Shown: positions 10,039 through 20,609 of the stretch, piece by piece
Layout of the letters: every line of letters starts with the position of its first letter
Position numbering within the stretch: the stretch's first letter is position 1
DNA from: Pelagomonas calceolata
Taxonomy: Eukaryota
Length of the DNA stretch: 64,000 nucleotides
NCBI GenBank assembly: GCA_918797485.1
Contig: CAKKNE010000006.1
Location: 2,046,001-2,110,000 of the forward strand
Direction: 5' to 3'
Translations under genes and position numbers: made by a program
Notes under the pieces: model-generated
What the model was told of the DNA's origin: nothing
What the model saw: only the letters and a program-made list of their open reading frames with translations
Databases searched by the model: none

Positions 10039-11780
10039 ATGTCCGCGCCCCGGACCCCCGGTGGCGAAAGAGACCAGCCTCCTCAACCTGTCATGGCCGG
10101 CGCGTTGGCCGCCCAGCCGGCGCCGGCGCCCGCCGCCGCCGCCGACGCGGTCGAGCGGTAGAACGTCATCCTAGCGCATGTCAAGGACGTCGACAAGGAG
10201 GTCGCGCGCGAGCACGAGCAGGTCGCCGCCAAGGTCTCGACGACGGACGAAAACGGGTCCTGGATCCTCGCGTCGGTCGTGCGCTACGACGCGACGTCGG
10301 ACGCCTACGCCGTGCAGGACGAGGACGACCAGAAGATCCTGGAGCTGCCGGCATCGCGCATCCGCCGCCTGGGCGTCCCCAACGGGCTGCAACCGGGCGA
10401 ACGCGTCGTGGCCCTGTACCCCGACTCGACGACCTTCTACCAGGCGACGGTCGCCGAGGCGCCCCGCAGGCGCGACGTGGCGCTCGCCTTCGACGACGAC
10501 GAAGACGACGACGAAGACGACGACACTGGGAGGATACTGCTCCGAAGAGTCTCGCTGCGCCACGTGCTGCGCGAGCGGCCTACGGTCTCGCGCGGTGTCA
10601 TCAAATGCCTTTGTGATGCCGTCGAGGCATCGTGTCGATGGTCGTCAGTGGTGCCATCGCACCAGCGGCACCGGGCCAGCAGCCCGTGGCCTTCCAAGAC
10701 ATGGCGCAGCAGAACCGGCCCAGAAGCGGTTCCGTCGATTTGGACGCGCCGCCGCCGCCCAAGCCCAAGAAGCGCACGAAGCGCAACAAAGTAGAGTACA
10801 ACACGGGCGACCGGATTCGAGTGGTCGAGCACGCCAAGTACCAGGGCCGATTGGGCACGGTGGTCAAGAGGACCGTGGCCTGGGTCGAGGTCCACCTCGA
10901 TTCATTACAACCGGGCGAGAAGGAGCTCACGGCGTCGTTCCGGAAGAAGGATTTGGTGTTATTGAATGACGCCGGCGACGCGGCTTTAACGGAGGCGGCG
11001 TTACCTCCGCCGCCGCCGCCCGCGCCGGCGCCGGCGCCGAGCCCCGCCGCCGCCGACAAGGTGGACGACGACGACGACGAGGAGGCCGAGGCGGCGCCGG
11101 CGCCGGTGTCCACGCCGGGCGCGCCGATCCGCGTGCGCACGGCCGGCGGCCGCGAGGCCATTGTCTTAGAGAAGATGCAGCGCGGCTGGTTTCGCGTCGA
11201 GCTTGATCAGAATGCGAACGACGAGGGCGGCGCGGGCGAGCGCAAGTCCATGAGAATGCCGCACGGCTTCGCGCCCGGCCAGGACCATTTGCTGGACGCG
11301 GCGCCCCAGGCGGCGGTCGTCCCGAAGCCCAAGGGCTCGTCCTCCAAGGGCCGCAAGTCCGTGCAGCAAACGGTGCCGGGGCCCGTGCCCGTGGGCGCCG
11401 TCCAGGCCATCACGGCGGGCGGCCGCGTCGCCACGATTTTAGAAAGGAAGCAGCGCGGCTGGTTCGCGGTCGAGCTCGACGGCAGTGCGAACGACGAGGG
11501 CGGCGCGTTCGAGCGCAAGTCCATGCGAAGGCCCATGTTCGCGCCGGGCCAGGATAGTGTCCTGGACAGCGCGCCCGACGCGATGCCGTACGCGCCGCCG
11601 CACTACTACCACGCGCCGCCACCGCCTGGTGTGCCGGTCGCGCAACCCGCGGCGCTACCCGGCGCCGCTCAAGGCGCTCCGAACGCGATGTCGCCCGCGG
11701 ACATGGCGGCGGCCTTCGCGCAGTTCCAGCAGTTCCAGCAGTTCCTGCAGATGCGCGGCGCGTTACCGCCCCAGTCCTAG
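10039..11780 (+). pseudogene. SGF29-type tandem Tudor + KOW/SH3-like domain + two RTAGGR modules; interrupted by an in-frame TAG; probable intron near 10585-10679
   Basis: QVAAKV....WILASVVRYD...YAVQDED and GERVVALYPDSTTFYQATV are SGF29-like. ATG 10039 is in frame with the Tudor region, but TAG lies at 10159-10161. The frame changes into ORF 10632..11780. It could be two genes or a functional spliced gene. Confidence 0.5.
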
Positions 11781-11894
11781 GTGACATCCCTCCCGCCCCT
11801 CCCCCGTATACAGTACGTTGACTCGAGTGTGCCACAAGAACTTCGTGGTTATGGTATTCGTCGGAGGGATGGGGGTTCGACACGGCACAAAGTT

Positions 11895-12515
11895 CTACTT
11901 CTTCTTGCTGCGCGTGGATCGCTTCGCCGGGGACTTCTTCGCGGCCGGCTTCTTGGCCGGAGACTTCTTGGCGGCCGTCTTCTTTTTGGCGGGGCTCTTC
12001 GCCTTCGAGGCCGGCTTCGCGGGACTCTTCTTGGCGGCCGGCTTCCTTGGCGACGCGGCCTTCTTCGCGGGCGACCTGTGCGTTGACCGGTGAGGCTCGA
12101 TCGCGTCGCATATTCTACGCAGCTCCGCACTTCTTCGCGGCGGGCTTGGCCGCGGGCTTCGCGGGCGACTTCTTCGCGGCCTGCGTAGAGAACGTGTCGA
12201 TGGCGCGACGACAGACAATGGAACACGGGGCCGCGCGGGCTTCTTGGGCGACTTCGCGGCGGGTTTCTTGGGCGTCGCCTTCTTCGGCGCGGGCCTGCTC
12301 GTAAACGCGTCATGGGAATAACATAGAAATCGCGTCCGGACGCCGCATGCTACTTCTTGGGGCTCTTCTTGGCGGCCGGCTTCTTCGCGGGCGACCTGTG
12401 CGGGGACCGGTGAGGCTCGGTCGCGTCGCATATTCGACGCGGCTCCGCACTTCTTGGCGGCCGGCTTCTTGGCGGCGGGCTTCTTGGCTGCGGGTTTTCG
12501 CTTGGCGGCGGCCAT
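11895..12515 (-). CDS. Lys/Ala/Pro-rich linker-histone-H1-tail-like protein without globular domain, about 131 aa, 4 introns (12396-12450, 12295-12353, 12181-12236, 12076-12130)
   Basis: Removing four 55-59 nt GT/GC-AG segments gives a continuous KKPAAKKSPAKK repeat protein with SPKK/TPKK motifs. Confidence 0.8.
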   Translation of the reverse strand: MAAAKRKPAAKKPAAKKPAAKKCGAASNMRRDRASPVPAQVAREEAGRQEEPQEVACGVRTRFLCYSHDAFTSRPAPKKATPKKPAAKSPKKPARPRVPLSVVAPSTRSLRRPRRSRPRSPRPSPPRRSAELRRICDAIEPHRSTHRSPAKKAASPRKPAAKKSPAKPASKAKSPAKKKTAAKKSPAKKPAAKKSPAKRSTRSKKK

Positions 12516-13267
12516 GGCTGATGTGTCTCAGTACCTAGCGAGGGGGCGAGAGCGTTGGCGGTCGACTCGCGACCCGCGGCGCCTCAGAACGACGCGACGG
12601 CCGGGAGCACTTGCGCGCGCGCACGACCCGGGAACCGTGCCGCGCGCAAGCCCCCCGCCGCACCGGGCTCGCCACGGCCCACTGGTGCGCAGACGCAGCG
12701 CAACAGCAATTGGCGCGACGACCCGGCGGCGCGTCGCGGTCGACGCGCCAAGAAAAGGCAGCGTCGTCGCCAAGGCATTGTCCGCGTGACCGCGGGGTGT
12801 GTCTCCAGCTGATCCAGCGTTCTCGCTGCGGCCCGAGTGGGTTTATCCACGTGACCCGTGCGCTGATCGGGTCAATGCTTGGAGGGCTTTTACAGCGCGC
12901 TGCGCAGCAAAATGGATCGCCGCAGCGCGTCTATTGGAAGCCAGGTTTGTGTGTAAAAGGTTTGCGTCGACGCTGATTGTGAAACGGGTCTAGCGGAGCC
13001 TGCAAGCGTGCACTTTTAGCAAGAGGAACAGGCAAGGCAGAGCCAGACGCGCTGCACTTGGACCCCCCCCCTCGGCACGGACACCTCCTACGCGATCCAT
13101 CACGCCAAGTCCCGGCCCCACCCGCCTCGAACTACCCCAAAACGACGGGTCCCAGGCGTCGCGACGCCGCAAATGAAGATCGCGCGCGGTCGGAGACGAC
13201 GGCAACCCCACCCCTCCGCCCCGGGCTGCCCCCTCTACAACACCCCATAAAAAACACACAAAACAAC

Positions 13268-14912
13268 CTAGAACATCGGCGCCACGTCCTCGAGCGAATC
13301 GACGGAACCAGAAGCGCCAGAACGCATCACTCTAGAAAACTCCTCATAATCGACGTGGCCGTTCCGCTTCAAATCCCCGTCCTGCATGAGCGTCTCCACG
13401 AGCTCGTCGGAGGCCCGCGACCCTAATAACGATCGCAAGTTCTCCCTCGAGATAACCCCGCTATCGTCGTGGTCCATCCGATCGAACGTATCTTGCAAGA
13501 CTTCTTCATTGAGCAACTCGTGGGCCTCCAACGTCGCCGCTAAGAACTCGTGGTAGTGGACCTCGCCACTGCTATCATGATCCAACTTCGCGAAGACGTC
13601 TTTGGTTGGGGTATCGAGCTCGGCCACGCCGAGCGCCGCACACAGCTCCTTTTCATTTATCGTACCACTGGCATCAGTGTCTATTTTGAGAAATTCTTCC
13701 CTTAGCTTTTTTACCGATCTTTTATCGGTCTGCGCCGCCGCTATTATTAAGGCCGCCCGTTTCAGCTCCGTATAGGAGCCATATCTTTTGAGAGAGGACT
13801 CGAGCTCCGGGGCGAGTCGCGGGCTCTTGTCCCGCTTCTCCGTCGTCGCAGGAACATTCGTGTCGATGTTGACCGGCCGCAGGGCCTCGGGCCGCCAGTC
13901 GGCGAGGCCTGCGGGACGAAGCGTCGATGGCGTAACGGGAAACGGACGCCGCGCCCGCACAGTACTTCAACGCCGCGTCGGCCGCCCACCGCAGGCCCGG
14001 GTGCGGTCTTAAACATTTAAACACGAACGCTCTTCCGGGCCGCGACATGGTCGCGATGCGCCCCCAGTCGCAGTCGCCCGCTTCTAATCTTCTGAGAGCT
14101 TTGGGGTCGTCCCTACGGTCGTCTCTGAGGAACGGGTCCCGATCACCTACTAATCGATACACCATGGCACCAATGGACCACACGTCGGACACCATGAGGT
14201 ACTCCTCTCCTCTTATGACCTCTGGTGCTGCTGTGGACGTGGTGCCCGCAGCTTTAATGCCCGTCCTCGAACCATCTAGCGATTGCGGGAAAACCCTAGA
14301 CAGTCCAAAATCCACAATCGTGACGTGCCAGTCTTGTTGATCAGTAACCATGACGTTTTCTAGTTTCAAATCTCGGTGGAGGACCCTCCTCGCGTGTAAG
14401 TACGACACCGCCCGTAGGATCTGCTCCGTGGCTTTATAAACTTTACTTTCAGTGAGCTGCCCGCAGAACTCCGCCAGCTCCCGGCCCTCGCAGTACTCCA
14501 TCACCAGCACCAAGCGAGTGGGCTCCCAGAAGGCCTCCCTTAAATGGACTATGCTGGGGTGATCGACCTTGCGCAGCACGTCGATCTCGTGCCGCAGCTC
14601 GTTCCGCGTCGCCTCATCTAGTCTCAATCTCCCATTGTGCCGCATGTAATCTAAAGCTTTCATCGCGAAGACGCTTTCGCTCTTGACGCGTTGTAGGTTG
14701 TTCCGAGACGGCGTCCTCTCAATACTTCGATTGCCGTCCGCCTTCCGGCGGCACAACGCCACAGTGCCGAAGCTACCACTGTTTAGGTCCTTCAGCAACT
14801 CATAGACCTCGCAGAACTTGCGGCCGCTTCTTTCCCAGACGAGCTGCTCTCGAAAGTCGCGCTTCTGGGGCGACGGCGGCTTTTGCTGTTGTTTCGACGG
14901 GGCGCAGCCCAT
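13268..14912 (-). CDS. CDPK: Calcium-dependent protein kinase (kinase + 4 EF-hands), one intron 13909-13960
   Basis: MGC N-terminus (acylation-like); HRDLKLEN, DFG and APE motifs; EF loops DTDASGTINEKE, DHDSSGEVHYHE, DHDDSGVISREN, DLKRNGHVDYEE. A 52-nt GT-AG intron joins the two frames. Confidence 0.9.
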
Positions 14913-15503
14913 GGTGCCGTGATGGATGCGTCGTTTGCTGGTTGCGCTGCGGCAGCGTTTCGGCCGCTGCCGCCCATGTAAAATGAGGCTCACAAAACAC
15001 TGCGAGGTGCAGCCCCGAACCTGCGCGGCGCGCGTCCCTATGGTGCGCGGCGTACGGGTCGCGACGGGTCGGCGGCCGCCGCGACGGCTCGTCCGCGCTT
15101 GGATGGTGCTTCCCGCGCGCGCGTCTCGGGCCTGCCAACAGCGACCGGCGCCGCGGCGACCCTTCCTGTTTCCTTGTCCTTGGCAAGCCCCGGACCCTTG
15201 CGGTACGCCGCCGCAGCGAGCCGAGCCCTCGACTCGCAGCATTTTGGCACCTGATCGTCTTTGCCAAAACCGCGACTGCAAAACGAGACTGCAAGGTAGA
15301 GCAGGGCTGTTCATCGCTCTCTGAGAACGTGACCTTGTAACGTGGGCCCAAAAGCGCGGCGTTTGCGCTGCCGTCGCGGCATAGGAAACCGAGTGCCTGC
15401 CTCAAAAGGCTCCCAGGGAGCGCGCGCGGCGAGCGGAAGCGCCGCCGCAGCCGCCAAACAGCCGCGCGGTGACCCGTGAAGGCGCCGCCAACAGCTGCGC
15501 ACG

Positions 15504-16142
15504 ATGGACGTCGACGACGAGGACGACCCGGCGCTCGCCATCGCCCCGAAAAAAAAGAAGCTTGAGGACGGGCTCGCGCGGCGCATCTTCGCCGAGGATC
15601 GGTTCCGAGAGTTACAAAAGCAGAACCACGGGGAATTACATGATTTCGAGGCCGTGGAAGCTAGGTCGATCTGCGACGACGAGCTGCGAGTTTTGAAACA
15701 ATCGCTGCAGGACGCTCTACAACGAAAGCGCGACCACCTCGTCAAACTCAAAGATGCGGCATCGGAAAGAGCCGACGCGCTGGAGAAGGGCGAATCGAAA
15801 CCGGGCGATCCGCAATTTCTCGTAGCACCGGTCGACCTCGGGGCGACGGACGCCGAATGTAGATCTGATCTAAGGCAGATCCTCGCGGACACCGTGCCGC
15901 GTCCACCTACCGTCGACGAGGACGGCACAACTTTATTCAGAGTGGGCCAGACCCTCAGTATCTTCTCGAAGCCGCGCCAGGCGGAGTTCCTCGGAACGTT
16001 GACGTCCATCGACCAGGCGCGCCTGACGCTCGTCCAGGAGGACGGCCACGAGCTCAAGTTCTCGCTGGCGGATCTGCAGTCTCGGAGCCTCGTCGCGTCT
16101 TTAGCTGGTCCTGCGGAGACGCCCGCCCGGGCGGCTAACTAG
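15504..16142 (+). CDS. Sds3/BRMS1-like protein (Sin3-HDAC complex-like)
   Basis: Coiled coil followed by C-terminal FRVGQTLSI...FLGTLTSID...DGHELKFSLADL, resembling the Sds3 C-terminal domain; NLS-like PKKKK. Confidence 0.6.
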   Translation: MDVDDEDDPALAIAPKKKKLEDGLARRIFAEDRFRELQKQNHGELHDFEAVEARSICDDELRVLKQSLQDALQRKRDHLVKLKDAASERADALEKGESKPGDPQFLVAPVDLGATDAECRSDLRQILADTVPRPPTVDEDGTTLFRVGQTLSIFSKPRQAEFLGTLTSIDQARLTLVQEDGHELKFSLADLQSRSLVASLAGPAETPARAAN

Positions 16143-16393
16143 AATTACTCTTAGTGTCCTTACCCGCGCGGCGTACATGAGGCTCCCCAGCGTCTTGGCC
16201 CCGTCCGGGTCGCGGCCGTTCGCCGCCCACTCCTGAGTGACTCCTCGATTGCTCGCGAGCGCGCGCAGCGATGGCGTGCGGGTGGCCGCAGCCCCCTCCA
16301 CGCCGACGGCGCGGGACGAGATCACACAGCCACTGTTTCTACGGCTGTAGCCACCGGCACGCCGCCGGCGCAAAGATCACACAGTCACTCTTA

Positions 16394-17215
16394 CTACGGC
16401 TCCTTGTTCGCCCCCTTCCGTTTAGCGTCGTCCTTCAGCGCCCTTCTAACAAAGTCCGCCGCCGCCGCCGCGTCGGCCAGCGTACTATCGAGCCGCGCGG
16501 CCTCGTCGTAGCACCGGAGGGCCTCCTCGAGCCTCCCCCTCTCTTGATGGACGATGCCGAGGTTGAAGTGGGCATCGGCATACCCAGGTTCCAGAGATAT
16601 GGTCCGCGAGAAGTGCCTCGCCGCTTTATCTAAATCACGTCTAGCATGACAAGCACTGCCCAGATTGTAGTGGCCGATCGCGCACGTGTCGTCGCGTTCG
16701 ACGACTTTTTCGTACGTCCGGATAGCTCGCGCGACGTCGTCCATCTGCATGTAGCAGTTCCCGACGTTGATCGCCGCGTCGGCGTCGTGCGGCGCGACCC
16801 GTAAAGCATCATCAAAACACCTTATCGCGTCGTCGAACTGACGTTGCTCCTCGTAGACGTATCCCAGGTTATATAACGCGCCGTGGTTCGTCGGGTCCAG
16901 CGAGAGGACCCTTCTATAACAGTCCGCGGCATCATCTAAATCGCCTCGATCCTGCAACGCCGTGCCGAGGTGGAGTAGGACATCTGCTCGAGAAGGATCT
17001 AGTTTCGCCGCCCTCGTGAACTGCGCTACGGCGCTATCTAAATCACCTCTACTGTGGCAGTCGACGGCTTTCGCCCAGTACCTCTGGGCGAGGTCGCGGT
17101 CGGCGGCCGTCGGCTGCTCCGTGGACGGTGATGCTCCGAGCAGATGCGACGTCTCCGAGGCCTGCAGGTAGTCGGGCTTGCGGCCGGGGAGGCAGCAGCA
17201 GACGGAGCGGAACAT
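16394..17215 (-). CDS. TPR-repeat protein with Cys-rich N-terminus
   Basis: About 6 TPRs (ALYNLGYVY, AHFNLGIVH); N-terminal CCC is a possible palmitoylation site. Confidence 0.9.
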   Translation of the reverse strand: MFRSVCCCLPGRKPDYLQASETSHLLGASPSTEQPTAADRDLAQRYWAKAVDCHSRGDLDSAVAQFTRAAKLDPSRADVLLHLGTALQDRGDLDDAADCYRRVLSLDPTNHGALYNLGYVYEEQRQFDDAIRCFDDALRVAPHDADAAINVGNCYMQMDDVARAIRTYEKVVERDDTCAIGHYNLGSACHARRDLDKAARHFSRTISLEPGYADAHFNLGIVHQERGRLEEALRCYDEAARLDSTLADAAAAADFVRRALKDDAKRKGANKEP

Positions 17216-17448
17216 TTCTTTTGCGGTGCGTCGGCGGCGCGTCGGCGGCGTCGGCTGCGCGGCTTCGCGTGCGCACAGGCTGGGAGAGCACTGTTCCCAA
17301 AATGCCGGCGGCGCCCCTCTCGGCGCGTGATTTTTTTTGCCAGCAGCAATGAGCGCAGCAATGAGTAGTTACGTGAACGGCGTAGACGCGAAATCGCTGC
17401 GTCGTCGGCACGTTCGTAGGCGTAAAAGCCTTGAATTATTGTCTCGTA

Positions 17449-17472
17449 GCTAGCGGTCCGTAAGACACTAGC
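17449..17472 (+). promoter_or_regulatory. Bipartite CTAG promoter motif GCTAGCGGTCCGTAAGACACTAGC
   Basis: Lies between divergent genes starting at 17215(-) and 17544(+). Confidence 0.6.
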
Positions 17473-17543
17473 AAATACAGGCTTAGCAGGCGAGAGCGCT
17501 TTGCATCGTAAGGCTGCCCCCGAGCGATTTGACCATATACGAG

Positions 17544-18725
17544 ATGATCCTCACGCAGTGCGCCGTCTGCGCCGCCGAACTTGGCTTGTCGTTGGGGAAG
17601 AAATGCGGCCGCTGCAGCACACGCTACTGTGGGCCCGAATGCCAGAAACAACACTGGGAGGGAGGCGGCCATGACAAGATCTGTAAATTAATAAAAAAAG
17701 CTGGCGGCGCCGAGGCATACAACGCAAATAAGAAGTACACAGCGGCCGTCGCGGTCGCGGCGACGGCGTGCGCGGAGGACACGAAGGGGCAGACGTGCTA
17801 CATCTGCACGCAGGCCCTCCATTGGAAAACAAAGGAGGGTCTTGTGCGCGGGTGCTCGTGCCGCGGGACGGCGGGCTTTGCGCACGTGTCGTGTCTGGCG
17901 GAGGAGGCGAAGATCTTGTACGACGAGGCCGAGGAGAACAATTTAGACAACAAGGTGTTGAATGAGAGGTTTGGGCGGTGGCACACGTGCAGCCTGTGCG
18001 AGCAAAATTACCACGGCGTCGTGGAGTGCGCGCTTGGGTGGGCGTGCTGGAAGACATACGTCGGGCGGCCGGAGACTGACTGGGCTCGGAAATTCGCGAT
18101 GACGCTGCTTGCGAACGGTTTGTCCGCTGTAGACCACCACGAGGACTCGTTGCACGTGCAAGAGGCCGAGTTGTCTATGCGGCGGCGCCTTGGCGCATCG
18201 GAAGGCGACCTGCTCGTGGTGCAGGGCAATCTTGCGGGCACGTATAATCAGCTTGGACGACATGAAGAGGCCCTAAGCATAAAACGAGACGTATACTTCG
18301 GATGTTTGCGGCTCAATGGCGAAGAACATGAAGCCACCATCATAGAAGCCCTCAACTACGCGATGACCCTTGCTAGTCTCCAGCGCTTCGAAGAAGCCAG
18401 GTCACTGTTGCGCAAGACGATACCCGTGGTCCGGCGTAGTCGCGGAGAGAATAGTGAGAACACGCTCAGGATGAGGGGTTTGTACGCGACGGCGGTCTAC
18501 CTAGACGAAGGCGCCACGCTCGACGATCTCCGCGAAGCCGTGACGACGCTCGAGGAGACGGAACGGACCGCGCGGCGCGTGCTCGGCGGCGCGCATCCGC
18601 TCACAACGCTGACTGAGGGCCATTTGGGACTCGCGCGAGAAGCGCTCCGCACCCGCGAAAGCACAGGCGACGTCGAGTCCCTCCGCGAGGCCGTGGAGGC
18701 GATGACGCCGCCGGGTGACGCGTAA
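17544..18725 (+). CDS. MYND zinc finger-RINGv-TPR protein, copy 1
   Basis: CxxC..CxxC..YC..CQ..HW..H..C (MYND); CYIC..CSCRG..AHVSCL..W..CSLC (C4HC3 RING-variant); kinesin-light-chain-like TPRs. Confidence 0.9.
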   Translation: MILTQCAVCAAELGLSLGKKCGRCSTRYCGPECQKQHWEGGGHDKICKLIKKAGGAEAYNANKKYTAAVAVAATACAEDTKGQTCYICTQALHWKTKEGLVRGCSCRGTAGFAHVSCLAEEAKILYDEAEENNLDNKVLNERFGRWHTCSLCEQNYHGVVECALGWACWKTYVGRPETDWARKFAMTLLANGLSAVDHHEDSLHVQEAELSMRRRLGASEGDLLVVQGNLAGTYNQLGRHEEALSIKRDVYFGCLRLNGEEHEATIIEALNYAMTLASLQRFEEARSLLRKTIPVVRRSRGENSENTLRMRGLYATAVYLDEGATLDDLREAVTTLEETERTARRVLGGAHPLTTLTEGHLGLAREALRTRESTGDVESLREAVEAMTPPGDA

Positions 18726-18765
18726 TTTACTAGAGAAAAACAAGCAAACTTATATGTACATGACT

Positions 18766-19734
18766 TCAATCAACAACAACGACCCCCGGCGGCGACACCA
18801 AGACGCCGTCGCCGCGCTCCGCAACCCGAAACGCGACACCAGAAACCACCTCAGAAAGCGCACGACCCTCGCGCCAGGGCTGCAGGGCCGCCTCGACGGC
18901 CCACGCGCCCGCGGCGAGGCCCCAGCCAGCCTCGAGGCCGAGCATCGCCTCGGCGTCGCCGCGCCGCTGCTGCGCCAGCGCCGCGTCGACGTAGGCCGCG
19001 GTCGACGCGTGCTCCTCGCCCAACGATTGCGGAGCCGTCGCGCGCGCCACGACGTAGGCGAAGCGCCCGCCGGCAATTACAATAAGCGCGTCCCGGGGGC
19101 CCGCCGCGCGCAGCGCGAGGGCCTCATCGCCGCGGCGCCCGACGCGGCGCCACAACTCATAATAGTAGGGCGGGTCGCCCGCGAACGCCTCCTCGACCCA
19201 GGCGTCGGGACCCCTCCTCCGCAGCCGCCACTTGTTCGGCCGCGCGCGCGGCGCGATGCAGTCTGGCGCGAACTGCCAGTCCACGACGTGGTGGCGCGCG
19301 CAGACGTCGTTTTCAAAATCTCCAACGCCGCCGAACGCGTGCTGCCGGGCTAGCACGCGCAGCGCGTCGTCGGAGCAATCGTCAAGCGATGTTGGTAGTT
19401 CACCTTGCACCGCGCGGAGGGCGACGTCGCGCCCCGCCGGCATGCGCACGTCCACGAAGTAATTCAAACCTTGCACGTTGCGGACCCGGTCGTCGGACGT
19501 CGCGGCGCCGCCGCCCGAGAAGAGGGGCCGCGCCCAGCAGCCGACGGCCCAGGCCGGCGCGGTTTTTGTGAGTGTTGGCATGGTGCCGCGGCGCAGGTGG
19601 TGGTGCGGCAGCTCTTCTGGCTTGAAATCCGTGAAGTAAGCGTTCGCGCGGCCGTGCGCCGTGAGGATGCGGGCCTGGAGCTGCGTCCAGGCGAGGACGT
19701 CGCGTAGGATCCGGCGGTGTGCCGTTGTGGTCAT
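18766..19734 (-). CDS. Hypothetical protein, possibly HRI1-like
   Basis: Coding-like ORF with FVDVRMP, CARHHVVDWQ and YYELWRR motifs; family assignment is from memory and tentative. Confidence 0.6.
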   Translation of the reverse strand: MTTTAHRRILRDVLAWTQLQARILTAHGRANAYFTDFKPEELPHHHLRRGTMPTLTKTAPAWAVGCWARPLFSGGGAATSDDRVRNVQGLNYFVDVRMPAGRDVALRAVQGELPTSLDDCSDDALRVLARQHAFGGVGDFENDVCARHHVVDWQFAPDCIAPRARPNKWRLRRRGPDAWVEEAFAGDPPYYYELWRRVGRRGDEALALRAAGPRDALIVIAGGRFAYVVARATAPQSLGEEHASTAAYVDAALAQQRRGDAEAMLGLEAGWGLAAGAWAVEAALQPWREGRALSEVVSGVAFRVAERGDGVLVSPPGVVVVD

Positions 19735-20262
19735 TGCTGCTCTGTGTGAGACACTGAGAGCAGTGTGCCTGGCCGCACGAGTGCTTTTGACGCTCTGTTT
19801 TCTGTCGCAGCAGCCCAGGTGTGTACTCGAGATAGTCTTGCACCACGCACGGCGGTGCGCATTTATTAGCTTGCAAAACTGCAAATCGCAGTGCTGAGAA
19901 AACCCGTGCCCTCCGGAAGCTTCCTTCCTCGAAGCTGTCAAACTGGAGGCCTGCCGCCTCGACCGGTCTGGAGGAAGCCTCTACGACGCGTTGCGGCCGG
20001 TTTACCTCCGCACAAAAGTGAGGATCAACCGGCCTATTCGCCTCTTTGGCCTCCGCGAGTTTCGGCGCTTCTCGGGCCTGTCGGTACGCCGTGGCTACTC
20101 CGCGGTGTGTTTTTTAACAAGACCGCGAGCGCGAAACTCGGGTGCGTTAGTATATTCAGCCAGCTGCACTTTACTTGGCCTCGGCTCCTATGACAACGCC
20201 AGAGATGCACGCCGCCCTCGCCCGCCTCGTGAACAACGAAGAAACCCGCAAACAGGAGAAAA

Positions 20263-20609
20263 TTAATCAGATCCCGAAGCGCTCGAGCCGCGAGGCCGAG
20301 CTCTCGCCGCGAGGGGCCGCGCCGCGCCTGCGACCCACGCGCAGTCGTACTCGGGACCGCGGTTCTTGTGGTGCCTGCGTCGTGGGCGGGTGAGCGTCGA
20401 TAGCGTCCGCCTCAACGCCGTCGACGCGTCGAGAGAGCGCGATTCAGGACACCGCTAACACACCAGTCCGGGTCGTTGGTGCAGCCGCCTAGAGAGCCGT
20501 TGTCGTCGTGATCGCCGCCGTGGCCCGCGAGGCGCCGCGACTCGGACGCGCGCAGGTAGGCGGCGTCGACGCTCGCCGCGAGAGCAATGAGGAGTGCTTG
20601 CGTTAGCAT
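20263..20609 (-). pseudogene. Short secreted Cys/Trp-module gene fragment with intron 20375-20463
   Basis: Signal peptide MLTQALLIALAASVDA; splicing gives CTNDPDWHHKNRGPEYDC, then an apparent frameshift and early stop. Confidence 0.45.

Noticed and set aside
10159..10161. Alternative genetic code or pyrrolysine at the in-frame TAG
   Set aside because: TAG is an ordinary stop in many genes here (e.g. CCT8, SDHAF4).
14913..15314. Long N-terminal extensions from the ORF track (CDPK, also NCBP2, JmjC, ZEP, heliorhodopsin)
   Set aside because: They are low-complexity or begin at non-ATG codons; downstream ATGs give family-typical N-termini.
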